Position numbers and translations under genes: made by a program. A stretch of 64,000 nt of DNA, taken from Myxococcota bacterium. Its GTDB lineage: Bacteria > Myxococcota_A > UBA796 > CAJQPC01. Every line of letters begins with the position of its first letter. Position 1 is the stretch's first letter. The notes under the pieces were generated by a model. The model made no database searches, was not told the origin of the DNA, and saw nothing but the letters and a program-made list of their open reading frames with translations. The stretch lies in assembly GCA_036229005.1 (NCBI GenBank), contig JAZAMN010000004.1:64001-128000 (forward strand). Direction: 5' to 3'. Shown piece by piece: positions 45,916 to 55,536 of the stretch.

Positions 45916-47655
45916 TCAGGGCCAGGGGAGGGTGGCGCTGAGGGTGGTGCCCACGCCGCGCTCGGACTCCAGGTGGAGCACACCGCCCAGCTCGTGGATC
46001 GCCGCGCCCAGGGCCGCCATGCCGACGCCGCGGCCGGAGGTGTGGGTGATCTCCTCGCGGGTGGAGAAGCCGTCGCTGAGCAGCAGGGCCTCCAGCTCCT
46101 CGGGGGTCTCCGCCGGCAGCCCGTGGGCCTGGGCCTTGGTCCGCACGCGCTCCCAGTCCACGCCGGCGCCGTCGTCGCGTACCCAGATCCGCAGGGCGCC
46201 GGGCTGCCGCGCGACCCCCAGCTCCAGGGTGGGGGGGCCCTTGTCGCCGCGATCCTGGGGCAGCTCGATGCCGTGGTCGACGGCGTTTCGGATGGCGTGG
46301 GACCAGGCGCTCCAGAAGCGCCCCAGGCGGGCGGGGTCGACGCGCAGGCTGTCGCCCTGGGTCTGGAGCTTCAGCGCGCCCTTGCCCAGGCGGTGGGCCA
46401 GGCTCTGGGCCTGCCTTCCCATGCGCTCCAGGCGGCTGCGCAGCGGCTCGTGCTCCCAGGTGTCCAGCAGGGCCAGCAGGGTGTCCGCGGAGGCGCCGGA
46501 CTGGAGCTGGGCGCGCAGGGCCTGGACGTCGGCCGGGGAGACCTGGAGGCGGCGTTGGCTGGAGTTGACCAGCGGCTGCACGCGCTCGCTCAGGCGCTCC
46601 AGGTGGGTGAGGGCGTCGCTGAGCTCCTGGGCGCTGGGGGCCTCGCCGCTGGCGTCGATGAAGCTCTCCAGTTCGTGCAGGTGGTGGGCCAGCACCCCGC
46701 AGCCCATCAGCCCGGCGCTGCCCTTGAGGGTGTGCAGGTCCCGCCGCAGGGTGGGCAGGTCGGGCGGTGCCTGGATGGCGGCGCTGAGGCGCTCGGCCTC
46801 GTCCAGGAAGTCCAGCACGCCGCTGCGGTCGCTCAGGACGTGGTCGACCAGGGCCAGCACCTCCTCCTGGAGGGCCTTGGCGGCGCGGGCCTGCTCGGCG
46901 TCGGTCACGTCGGTCACGACGACCAGCATGCGCTCCCAGTCCTCCCCGCCGATGGGCTGCCAGGCGAACTCCAGGCTGCGGCCGCGCACCTGGGCGCGCT
47001 TGGGGAGCTGCTCCAGCGCGAGCTCCAGGGGCAGCCAGCCGTCGCAGAGGTTCTCCCAGCCCAGCTCCAGCGCGACGCTGAACGCGGGGTCCTGGTCGCT
47101 GAGCCACTCGGGCAGGCGGGTGTCCTCGCTGGGGACCCCCAGCAGCGCATCGGTGGAGACGGACCGGGCTCCGGTGATCTGGGCGGATCGGTCCAGGGTG
47201 AACAGCCCCTGCTCCACCTTGCTCAGGATGCGGGACATCTCCTGGTGGGAGCGGGCCAGGTGGCGCTCGGCCTTCCGCTGCTCGCTGACGTCCATCAGGT
47301 AGGTGTAGAGCACGGGGCGGCCGCTGATGGGGATCGGGACCATCGAGGCCACGAAGTCGCCGACGCTGCCGTCAAAGCGCCGCACCCGCAGGGGGTACTC
47401 GTGCACGTAGCCTTGCTCCCGGATCTTCATGAGCAGGGCCGTCCGGTCCTCGGGGTGCTCATAGAAGTCCAGGGCGGCCTCGCCCTCCATGTTCTCGCCG
47501 CCGCCAAAGACCTGATCCGTCGCGTCGTTGGTGAAGATGACGTGGCTGGTGCTCAGGTCGGTCAGCAGGACGGGGATCGGCGCCTTCACCGCCAGGGTGC
47601 GGTACAGCAGCAGCTCGTCGGGCTCGGGGGGCAGGGCGCGGGCGGCGTTGGACAT
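45916..47655 (-). CDS. PAS-HPt-HATPase CheA-like histidine kinase without a CheW domain
   Basis: PAS (RRFDGS), HPt LHTLKGSA, N-box HAIRNAVDHGIE, DDGAG, GFST, SGRGVGM. Ends right after the ATPase domain. Confidence 0.85.
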   Translation of the reverse strand: MSNAARALPPEPDELLLYRTLAVKAPIPVLLTDLSTSHVIFTNDATDQVFGGGENMEGEAALDFYEHPEDRTALLMKIREQGYVHEYPLRVRRFDGSVGDFVASMVPIPISGRPVLYTYLMDVSEQRKAERHLARSHQEMSRILSKVEQGLFTLDRSAQITGARSVSTDALLGVPSEDTRLPEWLSDQDPAFSVALELGWENLCDGWLPLELALEQLPKRAQVRGRSLEFAWQPIGGEDWERMLVVVTDVTDAEQARAAKALQEEVLALVDHVLSDRSGVLDFLDEAERLSAAIQAPPDLPTLRRDLHTLKGSAGLMGCGVLAHHLHELESFIDASGEAPSAQELSDALTHLERLSERVQPLVNSSQRRLQVSPADVQALRAQLQSGASADTLLALLDTWEHEPLRSRLERMGRQAQSLAHRLGKGALKLQTQGDSLRVDPARLGRFWSAWSHAIRNAVDHGIELPQDRGDKGPPTLELGVARQPGALRIWVRDDGAGVDWERVRTKAQAHGLPAETPEELEALLLSDGFSTREEITHTSGRGVGMAALGAAIHELGGVLHLESERGVGTTLSATLPWP

Positions 47656-47751
47656 GGGATGGCACTCCTCCTGGCCTCCCCAATCGGAACGAACGCGCCA
47701 GAGCGTGAATCCTGTTCACCTGGGCAGGCTGGCGCTGCGCCGCTCAACACG

Positions 47752-47767
47752 GTAACCGATCGGTCAC
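47752..47767. promoter_or_regulatory. Palindromic operator upstream of the tetR gene
   Basis: GTAACCGATCGGTCAC, near-perfect dyad with perfect core ACCGATCGGT, 25 bp before the tetR start. Confidence 0.6.
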
Positions 47768-47792
47768 TGAACCTTCCTTCCCCGGAATCCCG

Positions 47793-48392
47793 GTGCCCCG
47801 CAGCCCTGCCGACAACGCCCGCATGCGGGCCCAGACCCGCCGCGCCCTCTTGGATGCAGCGCTCGAGGTGGCCGCCGAGCGGGGCTTCCACGGCGCCAGC
47901 ATCGCGCGCATCGCGGAGCGGGCGGGGGTCTCCAAGGCCCTGGTCTTCAAGCACTTCGCCAGCAAGGACAAGCTGCTGGAGGCGCTGCTGGAGGCCGGAC
48001 TCCAGGGGGTGGGCCAAGCCTTCTCCAGCGCCCAACAGGCCACCTCTCCCCAGCAGCGGCTGCGGGCGCTGATCGCCCCGGGCTTTGCGTTCGTGCGGGA
48101 GCACCCCCGCTTCTGGCGGCTGATCTCCCAGCTCCGCATGCAGGACGGGGTCCAGCGGGGACTCGGGGCGGCGCTGCCGGCCACCACGCAGGGCATCACC
48201 CGCCAGATCGAGGCGGAGCTGCGGGCCCTGGGCACCCCGGACCCGGAGCTGGACGCGCGGGTGCTCTGGGCCGCCATCGACGGCGCCACCCAGCACTACC
48301 TGCTGGACCCCCAGGGCTACCCCCTGGAGGCCGTCCAGGAGCGCCTGATCGCCATGTACCTGGAGCTGGGCTCCACAGGAGGGACGCAGTGA
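47793..48392 (+). CDS. TetR/AcrR family regulator
   Basis: LLDAALEVAAERGFHGASIARIAERAGVSKALVFKHFASKDKL. Confidence 0.92.
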   Translation: MPRSPADNARMRAQTRRALLDAALEVAAERGFHGASIARIAERAGVSKALVFKHFASKDKLLEALLEAGLQGVGQAFSSAQQATSPQQRLRALIAPGFAFVREHPRFWRLISQLRMQDGVQRGLGAALPATTQGITRQIEAELRALGTPDPELDARVLWAAIDGATQHYLLDPQGYPLEAVQERLIAMYLELGSTGGTQ

Positions 48393-49543
48393 AGCCGATC
48401 ATCGTCGTCGGAGGGGGAATCGGGGGACTGAGCGCCGCGCTGGCGCTGCACCAGGCCGGGCTGCCCGTGCGGGTCTTCGAGCGCACCGCGGAGCTGCGGG
48501 AGGTGGGCGCCGGCCTGGGCGTCTGGATGAACGCCATGCGCGTGCTGGACCGCCTGGGGGTGGGCGCGCGGGTCCGGGAGCTGGCCCGGCCGCTGCAGAT
48601 CGCCGAGTTCGCCTCGTCCACCGGGCGCGTGATCTCGCGCACCAGCATCCAGGAGGCCGTCGGGGACCCCCACGCCGCGAACTTCATCCTGCACCGGGCC
48701 GACCTGCACCGCGTGCTGTTGGAGGCCCTGCCGCTGGGCACCCTCCAGCTCGACGCCCCCTGCGAGTCGGTGGAGCAGGACAACGAGGGCGTGACCCTGA
48801 AGCTCTCCGGCGGCCGGCGGGTCTGGGGCAGCCTCTGCATCGGCGCGGACGGCCTGCACTCCGTGGTCCGCCGCCAGCTCTTCGGCCCCGAGCCCCTGCG
48901 CTACTCCGGCCAGACCTGCTACCGCGGCATCTCGCCCATCGCGCCCCCCGACCCCCAGCTCATCCGCGAGATCCAGGGCCCCGGCCTGCGCGCCGCCATC
49001 TGCCCCATGGACGACCACCGCGTCTACTGGTGGGCCGCCATCAACGCGCCCCAGGGGGAGCAGGAGGCCGAGGAGCAGCGCCGGGATCGCCTGCTCACCA
49101 CCTTCGCGGACTGGCCCTTCTCCCTCCCCAACGTCATCGGCGCCAGCGAGGGCAGGATCCTGCGGAACGATCTGGTGGACCGCAGCCCCCGCAGCCAATG
49201 GGGGAGGGGCCGGGTGAGCCTGCTGGGGGACGCCGCGCACCCCATGCTGCCCAACCTGGGTCAGGGGGCCTGCAGCGCCATCGAGGACGCCCAGGTCCTG
49301 GCCCGCTGCCTGCTCCAGGGGGGCGTGAACGCCACCGCCCTGCGGCGCTACGAGGCCGAGCGGGCGCCGCGGGCCAACGATTTTGTCCGCAAGTCCTGGG
49401 CCTTCGGGATCCCCGTGCGCTGGCGCCGTCCGGGGGCCGTGTGGCTGCGGGAGGCCCTGATGGGGGCGCTGCCCAAGGCCGCGCTGCACCGACAGATCCG
49501 CGACCAGACCGACTTCGACGTGGGCCCGCTGCGCCCGGAGTGA
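48389..49543 (+). CDS. FAD-dependent monooxygenase (group A flavoprotein)
   Basis: GGGIGGL, REVGAG, GADGLHS.VR, LLGDAAHPMLPNLGQGACSAIEDA. Confidence 0.92.
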   Translation: MKPIIVVGGGIGGLSAALALHQAGLPVRVFERTAELREVGAGLGVWMNAMRVLDRLGVGARVRELARPLQIAEFASSTGRVISRTSIQEAVGDPHAANFILHRADLHRVLLEALPLGTLQLDAPCESVEQDNEGVTLKLSGGRRVWGSLCIGADGLHSVVRRQLFGPEPLRYSGQTCYRGISPIAPPDPQLIREIQGPGLRAAICPMDDHRVYWWAAINAPQGEQEAEEQRRDRLLTTFADWPFSLPNVIGASEGRILRNDLVDRSPRSQWGRGRVSLLGDAAHPMLPNLGQGACSAIEDAQVLARCLLQGGVNATALRRYEAERAPRANDFVRKSWAFGIPVRWRRPGAVWLREALMGALPKAALHRQIRDQTDFDVGPLRPE

Positions 49544-49598
49544 GTGGGGCGCTCAGCCCGCCTGGGACCCGGTTAGGGGGCCTCGACCGGAGGCTCCC

Positions 49599-50033
49599 AT
49601 GATCACCTGCACCCGCCGTCTCGAGTGGGACGCCATGCACCGCATCCCCCTGCACGAGTCCAAGTGCCGGGCCTTCCACGGGCACCGCTACGTGGCCGAG
49701 ATCTCCTGCCTGGCCGAGTCCCTGGACCACCTGGGCCGCGTGGTCGACTTTGGCGTGATCAGGGAGAAGGTGGGCGGCTGGATCGACCAGCACTGGGACC
49801 ACACCGCCATCCTGATGGAGGGCGACCCCGAGGCCGGCCCAATCGCTGACGCCAACCTGCGCCTGGGCCGCCCGGTCTACTGGATGAAGACCCACCCCAC
49901 CGCCGAGAACATCGTCCAGGAGCTGGCCGTCAAGGCCCAGGAGCTGCTGGCCGACACCGGCGTCGAGGTCGTGTCCATCCGCCTCTGGGAGACCCCAAAC
50001 GGCTCCGCTGAGTGGCGCAAGCCCGGCGTTTGA
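49599..50033 (+). CDS. queD: 6-carboxytetrahydropterin synthase (QueD/PTPS family)
   Basis: AMHR, KCRAFHGHRY (C-x3-HGH), VVDFG, WDH, PTAENI, LWETP. Confidence 0.85.
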   Translation: MITCTRRLEWDAMHRIPLHESKCRAFHGHRYVAEISCLAESLDHLGRVVDFGVIREKVGGWIDQHWDHTAILMEGDPEAGPIADANLRLGRPVYWMKTHPTAENIVQELAVKAQELLADTGVEVVSIRLWETPNGSAEWRKPGV

Positions 50034-50072
50034 GGCTGGGTTTGCTTTTGATTGTGTTCGCTGGGGCCGCGC

Positions 50073-50987
50073 TCAGCGGGCCAGGCTCAGCAGGCGCCGC
50101 AGGGTCTTGTGCAGCGCCCAGGCGGGCCGCGGGCTGAAGCTCTGCAGGTCGCCGTGGTCCAGCAGGGGCGTCACGCACAGGTGGCTGTCCGGCCAGGCCT
50201 GGTGCAGCGAGCGCGACTGCTCCCAGGGGATCACGCGGTCCCCGGCGCCGTGGAGCAGCAGCACCGGGCAGTCCGGCCGGGCGTGATCCAGGTCCAGCGC
50301 GTCCATGTGCAAGCCGTCGTCGGCCTGGATGCGCTCGGACCAGTGTCGGGAGGGGGCGCAGGTGAGGGCTGCGTAGCGCGCGCGCTGCCCGGGGCTCAAC
50401 GCCTGGAGTGCCTGGTGGAGCTGCGGCCTGCGCTGCAACCCCTCGTCCATCAGCGAGGTCAACAGGGCGGTCATCAGCAGGGTGTCCTCGCCGGTGGAGC
50501 GCAGGTGGTTCACCAGCAGCACGCGGCGCCCATAGCTGTCGGCGGTGGGGTCCTCCATGAGGAAGCGGGCGACCTCCCTCACCCGATGAAAGCCCCCGAT
50601 GGAGACCGCGCAGGCCAGGGTGTTCGGGGTGCGGGCGGCGGCCTGGAGGGCCAGGCCCCCTGAGAAGGACACGGACATCAGCGCGCGCGGGCGCAGGGCC
50701 CGGAGCCAGGCGGCCATGCGGTCCACGCTGCGGGGGTGGATGTGGAAGGCGGCGATGTCGGGCAGGTGGGGCAGCCAGACCTGTAGGCCCTGGGCGGCCA
50801 GGGCGCGGGCCAGGTCCAGCATCCGGGGGTCCTGGTGGGCGCGGGGGGACATGCCGTGGAAGAGCAGCAGGCGCGGCCCCTGACCGAGCCTGAGCGCGGG
50901 GCCCAGGGGGTGGGCGACCGGCGTGGGGGTGCCCGCCGGGGGGCGGGGCAGGTCGAGCATCAGCTTGGTGGCGGCGCGGTGCGTCAT
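50073..50987 (-). CDS. Alpha/beta-fold hydrolase
   Basis: LLFHGM...DPRM..LARALA, SVSFSGG, LLHGAGDRVIP, LLDH. Start uncertain. Confidence 0.7.
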   Translation of the reverse strand: MTHRAATKLMLDLPRPPAGTPTPVAHPLGPALRLGQGPRLLLFHGMSPRAHQDPRMLDLARALAAQGLQVWLPHLPDIAAFHIHPRSVDRMAAWLRALRPRALMSVSFSGGLALQAAARTPNTLACAVSIGGFHRVREVARFLMEDPTADSYGRRVLLVNHLRSTGEDTLLMTALLTSLMDEGLQRRPQLHQALQALSPGQRARYAALTCAPSRHWSERIQADDGLHMDALDLDHARPDCPVLLLHGAGDRVIPWEQSRSLHQAWPDSHLCVTPLLDHGDLQSFSPRPAWALHKTLRRLLSLAR

Positions 50988-51130
50988 GTGTGCATCTACC
51001 CGCGCGCGCGTGACGCCCCGGTGGCTGCAGTGGGACCTTCGACGCCGATGTCCTCGCTGTCGTCGCGGCGTCAACGCGGTGTTTCAGGGCGGGGTGATGA
51101 CGGGGGTGAACCCGCCGCTGGAGCTGTGCC

Positions 51131-52027
51131 ATGAAGCCCATCGCCTCCCCTGTCCCCCCCTCCCTCATCCAAGACGAGCTGGCGCGGCTGCGCCCCGACC
51201 AGATCCTGCTCGAGGACGGCCCGCGGGTCGTCGCCTCCTTCAAGGGCACCGAGCTCCCGCAGCTCATGTACGCCATCGGGCGCATGCGGGAGATCTGCTT
51301 CCGCGCGGTCGGCGAGGGCAGCGGAGAGAGCCTGGACGTGGACCGCTTCGACGCCAGCTACGCGCAGATCGCGGGCTTTGACCGGGAGACCGGCGCGCTG
51401 ATCGGCGGCTACCGGGCCGGCAAGGCGGACGAGCAGATCTCTCGGCACGGGCTGGAGGGGCTCTACACGCACAGCCTCTTCGAGTTCTCGCCGCACTTTG
51501 CGCCCACGCTGCTGCCGAGCGTGGAGCTGGGGCGCAGTTTCGTGGCCCCGGAGTACCAGCGCAGCCTGCACGGCCTGCCGATGCTGTGGCGGGCGCTGGG
51601 CACCTGGTGGGGGCGGCAGCGGGGCTACGGCGGCCTGATGGGGCCGGTGTCGATCGACCGCGGCTACAGCGACGAGAGCATCGAGATGATCCTGGGCTTT
51701 CTGTGGGCCCGCCACCGGCTCCCTGGCGCGGAGACCATGGTGAAGCCGCGCACCCCTTTTGTCCCGCGGGGCGGGCCCTTCCTGGTGGGCGGCAACATGC
51801 CGGACCTGCGCACCCTGGAGAAGCACCTCAAGGCCACCGAGGGGCGGGGCATGCCCGTGCTGCTGCGGCAGTACCTCAAGCTGGGGGCCCGGGTGCTGGC
51901 GTTCAACGTGGATCCGGACTTCCAGGACTGCGTGGACGCGCTGATCCTGGTGGAGATGGACCGCATCCACCCCACCCGCCGGGCGCGCTTTGCGCCCAGC
52001 TACAGCGAGCAGCAGGCGATGTTCTGA
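51131..52027 (+). CDS. GNAT-fold N-acyltransferase (OlsB/Acetyltransf_5-like, amino-lipid synthesis)
   Basis: IGRMREICFRAVGEGSG..LDVDRFD, GGYR, VELGRSFVAPEYQ, PVLLRQYLKLG, FNVDPDF..CVDALI. Confidence 0.85.
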   Translation: MKPIASPVPPSLIQDELARLRPDQILLEDGPRVVASFKGTELPQLMYAIGRMREICFRAVGEGSGESLDVDRFDASYAQIAGFDRETGALIGGYRAGKADEQISRHGLEGLYTHSLFEFSPHFAPTLLPSVELGRSFVAPEYQRSLHGLPMLWRALGTWWGRQRGYGGLMGPVSIDRGYSDESIEMILGFLWARHRLPGAETMVKPRTPFVPRGGPFLVGGNMPDLRTLEKHLKATEGRGMPVLLRQYLKLGARVLAFNVDPDFQDCVDALILVEMDRIHPTRRARFAPSYSEQQAMF

Positions 52028-52042
52028 GGGGGCGCTCGGGGC

Positions 52043-52456
52043 TCAGGCCTCGAGCTGCTCGACCGCCAGGCGCACCAGGTCGGTGGCGCTGAGCATGCCC
52101 ACCAGCTCGCCGTCGGGGTCGACGACGGGCAGGGCGCCCACGCGCAGCTCGAGCAGCTTGCGGGCGGCCTTGGACAGCTCCTGGGCGGAGTCCACGGTGA
52201 TGACGTTGGGCGTCATGAACCAGTCGACGCTGCCCTCGAGCTGCCGGGGATCGATGTCCTCGACCCGCATGGAGCGGGCGTCGGGGCCCAGGGCCATCTT
52301 GATGTCCCGATCGGTGAGGATGCCGGCCAGGCTGCCGTCCTCCAGCACGGGGAGCTCGCGGAAGCCGTGCCGAGACATCAGCTCGACGGCCTGCTCGAGG
52401 GTGGCATCGCTCGCGATGGAGACGGGGTTCTCGCTCATGAGATCGCGGACCAGCAT
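52043..52456 (-). CDS. CBS-domain (tandem pair) protein
   Basis: VRDLMS, LPVL...GILTDRDI, MTPNVITV, LPVVD..GELVGMLS.TDL. Confidence 0.9.
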   Translation of the reverse strand: MLVRDLMSENPVSIASDATLEQAVELMSRHGFRELPVLEDGSLAGILTDRDIKMALGPDARSMRVEDIDPRQLEGSVDWFMTPNVITVDSAQELSKAARKLLELRVGALPVVDPDGELVGMLSATDLVRLAVEQLEA

Positions 52457-52522
52457 GGGGGCCTCCTGTTTGAGGGAAACGTATTGCGGGCGGGGGCGGG
52501 AGGCGACCGGAGGAGGGCCCGG

Positions 52523-54061
52523 GGGTATCCGAGGTCGGGTATCAGGTCTCGGTCGTCAGGCTGGGGCGGGGTCCGGCGGGGTCTCTGGGGCGATCGTGGA
52601 GCTGCATTTGGATGCCCGGAGGCTCCGCGGCCCGGCCGCAGGCCTGGGCCCTCCCCGAGGCGCTTCCCCAAGTCGGCTGCCACCACCGCCGGCCCCAACT
52701 CCTACGTCATCGGCGGTCGCCGGTCGCCGGTGGCCGGTCGCCGCGCCCACCCCGATACCCGATACCTGACTCCTGATACCCCCGCGGCCTCCGAGCCCGG
52801 AGCCGGGGCGGGGTGTCAGGTATCGGGTATCAGGTCTCAGTCATCGCGCTGGTGCGGGCTCCGGTGGGGTCTCTGGGGCGAGCCTGGAGCTGCATTTGGA
52901 TGCCCGGAGCCGCGTGGCCCGGCCGCAGGCCTGGGCCCTCCCCGAGGCGCCTCCCCGAGTCGGGTGCCACCACCGCCGGCACCCACGCCTACGTTATCGG
53001 CGGTCGCCGGTCGCCTGTGGCCGGCCGCCGCGCCCACCCCGATACCCGCTACCGGACTCCGGATACCCCCCCCGGCCCCCGAGCCCGGAGCCGGGGCGGG
53101 GTGTCAGGTCTCGGGTATCAGGTCTCGGTCATCACGCTGGTGCGGGCTCCGGCGGGGTCACCCGGGCGCTCCGTGGCCCGGCCGTAGGCCTGGGCCCTCC
53201 CCGAGGCGTCTCCCCAAGTCGGCTGCCACCACCGCCGGCCCCCACGCCTACGTCATCGGCGGTCGCCGGTCGCCGGTGGCCGGTCGCCGCGCCCACCCCA
53301 ATACCCGATACCTGACTCCTGATACCCCCCGCGGCCTCCGAGTCCGGAGCCGGGGCGGGGTGTCAGGTATCGGGTATCAGGTCTCAGTCCTCACGCTGGT
53401 GCGGGCTCCGGCGGGGTCTCTGGGGCGAGCCTGGAGCTGCATTTGGATGCTCCGGGGGCCGCGTGGCCCGGCCGCAGGCCTGGGCCCTCCCCGAGGCGCC
53501 TCCCCAAGTCGGCCGCCACCACCGCCGACCCCAACGCCTACGTCATCGCCGGTCGCCGGTCGCCGGTGGCCGGTCGCCGCGCCCACCCCGATACCTGACT
53601 CCTGATACCCCCGCGGCCTTGGAGCCCGGAGCCGGGGCGGGGTGTCAGGTATCGGGTCTCAGGTCTCGGTCATCACGCTGGTGCGGGCTCCGGCGGTGGC
53701 TTTGGGGCGAGCCTGGAGCTGCATTTGGACACCCGCAGGCTCCGTGGCCCGGCCGCAGGCCTGGGCCCTCCCCGAGGCGCCTCCCCAAGTCGGCTGCCAC
53801 CACCGCCGGCCCCCACGGCTACGTCATCGGCGGTCGCCGGTCGCCGGTGGCCGGTCGCCGCCCCCACCCCGATACCCGATACCTGACTCCTGATACCCCC
53901 GCGGCGTTCGAGCCCGGAGCCGGGGCGCCCCTCCCCGAGGCGCCTCCCCAAGTCGGCTGCCACCACCGCCGGCACCCACTCAGACGTCATCGGCGGTCGC
54001 CGGTCGCCGGTCGCCGCGCCCACCCCGATACCCGATACCCGATACCCGACCTCCGATACCC
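52523..54061. repeat. Tandem array of five ~260-290-bp palindromic units plus a partial sixth, bounded by a 21-bp inverted repeat (REP/BIME-like)
   Basis: Unit anchor GGTATCAGGTCTC at 52538, 52826, 53114, 53373 and 53655 (variant). Terminal IR 52523-52543 vs 54041-54061 has one mismatch. Confidence 0.92.
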
Positions 54062-54068
54062 GGCCTCG

Positions 54069-54986
54069 CTACTCCGCCTGCGTCTGAAGCTGATGCACCT
54101 GTCCTCGCTCGCGGGCCAGGTTGATCTGCTTCTGTCGCTCACGGAAGGAGGCGCGTTGGTGATCCGACAAGCTCCGAGCGCAGTGGGCGCAGCTCACCCC
54201 CTCCTCGTAGTCCGGGTGCAGACGGTCCTGGGCGCCCAGCGGCCAGCGACAGCCACCGCAGAGGCACCAGTCACCGGGCTCCAGGTCGTGGTTCAGGGCG
54301 ATGCGCCGGTCAAAGACGAAGCACTCGCCCTCCCAGTTGCTCTGTTGGGCCGGGGTCTGCTCCAGGTAGCGCAGGATGCCGCCCTCCAGGTGGAACACCT
54401 TCTCGAAGCCCTGGGCCTTCATCCAGGCGGTCGCGCGCTCGCAGCGGATGCCGCCGGTGCAGAACATGGCGATGTTCTTGCCCTCGAGCTGCTCGCGGTG
54501 GTCCTGGATCCACTGGGGGAAGGCGCGGAAGCTCTCGATGTCCGGGTCGATTGCGCCCTTGAAGGTGCCGATGGCGACCTCGTAGTCGTTGCGCGTGTCG
54601 ATCAGCACGGTGTCGGGGTCGGCCAGCAGGGCGTCCCACTCCCGCGGCGGCAGGTAGGTGCCCACGCCCTGGAGCGGGTCGGCGTCGGGCACGCCCATGG
54701 TCACGATCTCCTGCTTGATGCGCACCTTCATGCGGGCAAAGGGGGCCTGGTGTGCGTGGCTCTCCTTGTGCTGCAGGTCGGCGAACCCGGGGATCGCGCG
54801 CAGCCAGTCCAGCACGGCCTGGATCCCCTCTGGCGGACCGGAGATGGTGCCGTTGAGGCCCTCGCGCGCGAGCAGGAGGATCCCCCGCACGCCCTGCGCC
54901 TGACAGTGCGCCAGCAAGGGCGCCCGCAGGGCCTCGGGGTCGGGGATGGGGTGGAACTTGTAGAGGGCGGCGACCAGATGCGACAT
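54069..54986 (-). CDS. trhO: tRNA uridine(34) hydroxylase TrhO (YceA, rhodanese domain)
   Basis: ALYKF, EGLNGTISG, EIVTMG, IDTRNDYE..IGTF.GA, MFCTGGIRCE, HLEGGILRYLE, CFVFD.R. Confidence 0.93.
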   Translation of the reverse strand: MSHLVAALYKFHPIPDPEALRAPLLAHCQAQGVRGILLLAREGLNGTISGPPEGIQAVLDWLRAIPGFADLQHKESHAHQAPFARMKVRIKQEIVTMGVPDADPLQGVGTYLPPREWDALLADPDTVLIDTRNDYEVAIGTFKGAIDPDIESFRAFPQWIQDHREQLEGKNIAMFCTGGIRCERATAWMKAQGFEKVFHLEGGILRYLEQTPAQQSNWEGECFVFDRRIALNHDLEPGDWCLCGGCRWPLGAQDRLHPDYEEGVSCAHCARSLSDHQRASFRERQKQINLARERGQVHQLQTQAE

Positions 54987-55008
54987 GCTCGCGGGATAAA
55001 CGGATCCC

Positions 55009-55536
55009 ATGCCTCCGACCACACCCGATGGCGACGATCGCGCCTACACAGATGCCGTGGACTTCCCCGAGTCCGTGACCCTGCACCCGGTGGCCGTGGT
55101 GCGCTCGCCCTTCGCCCAGCGCCACGGGACCCCGCGCCAGCCCGGCTTTGACGGCCCCAAGGAGTTCGGCGAGGGCCTGGGCCAGGTGGAGCTGCTCCCC
55201 AGCGTGAACCCCCTGGTGCTGCAGGATCTCGCCGGCTTCGACCGCATCTGGCTGCTGACCTGGCTGCACCTGAACGGCCCCGGCGGCCGCCCCCTGGTGC
55301 GCCCCCCTCGCGGTGGCCCCAAGCGCGGCCTCTTCGCCACCCGAGCGCCCCACCGCCCCAACCCCCTGGCCCTGTCCTGCGTCGAGCTGCTCGGCGTCGA
55401 GGGCCGCATCCTGCAGGTCCGCGGCCTGGACCTGCTCGACGGGACCCCGGTGCTGGACATCAAGCCCTACATCCCCACGTTCGACGCCCACCCCGACGCG
55501 AGCTCCGGCTGGCTCGCGGACTCGCTGGAGGACTGA
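55009..55536 (+). CDS. trmO: tRNA (t6A37)-N6 methyltransferase TrmO (TsaA)
   Basis: PRQP, VRPPR, GLFATRAPHRPNPLALS, GLDLLDGTPVLDIKPYIP, GW. Confidence 0.9.
   Translation: MPPTTPDGDDRAYTDAVDFPESVTLHPVAVVRSPFAQRHGTPRQPGFDGPKEFGEGLGQVELLPSVNPLVLQDLAGFDRIWLLTWLHLNGPGGRPLVRPPRGGPKRGLFATRAPHRPNPLALSCVELLGVEGRILQVRGLDLLDGTPVLDIKPYIPTFDAHPDASSGWLADSLED

Noticed and set aside
49599..50033. queD as part of a 7-deazaguanine DNA-modification (dpd) system
   Set aside because: No dpdA/tgt, queC, queE or folE lies nearby. The context is ordinary metabolic genes.
52523..54061. Possible CRISPR array, or the repeat-protein ORFs 52367-53605 and 53463-55151
   Set aside because: Units are near-identical along their whole length with no unique spacers, and no cas genes are present. 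The ORFs switch repeat frame between units and read as Pro/Arg/Gly-rich GC noise.
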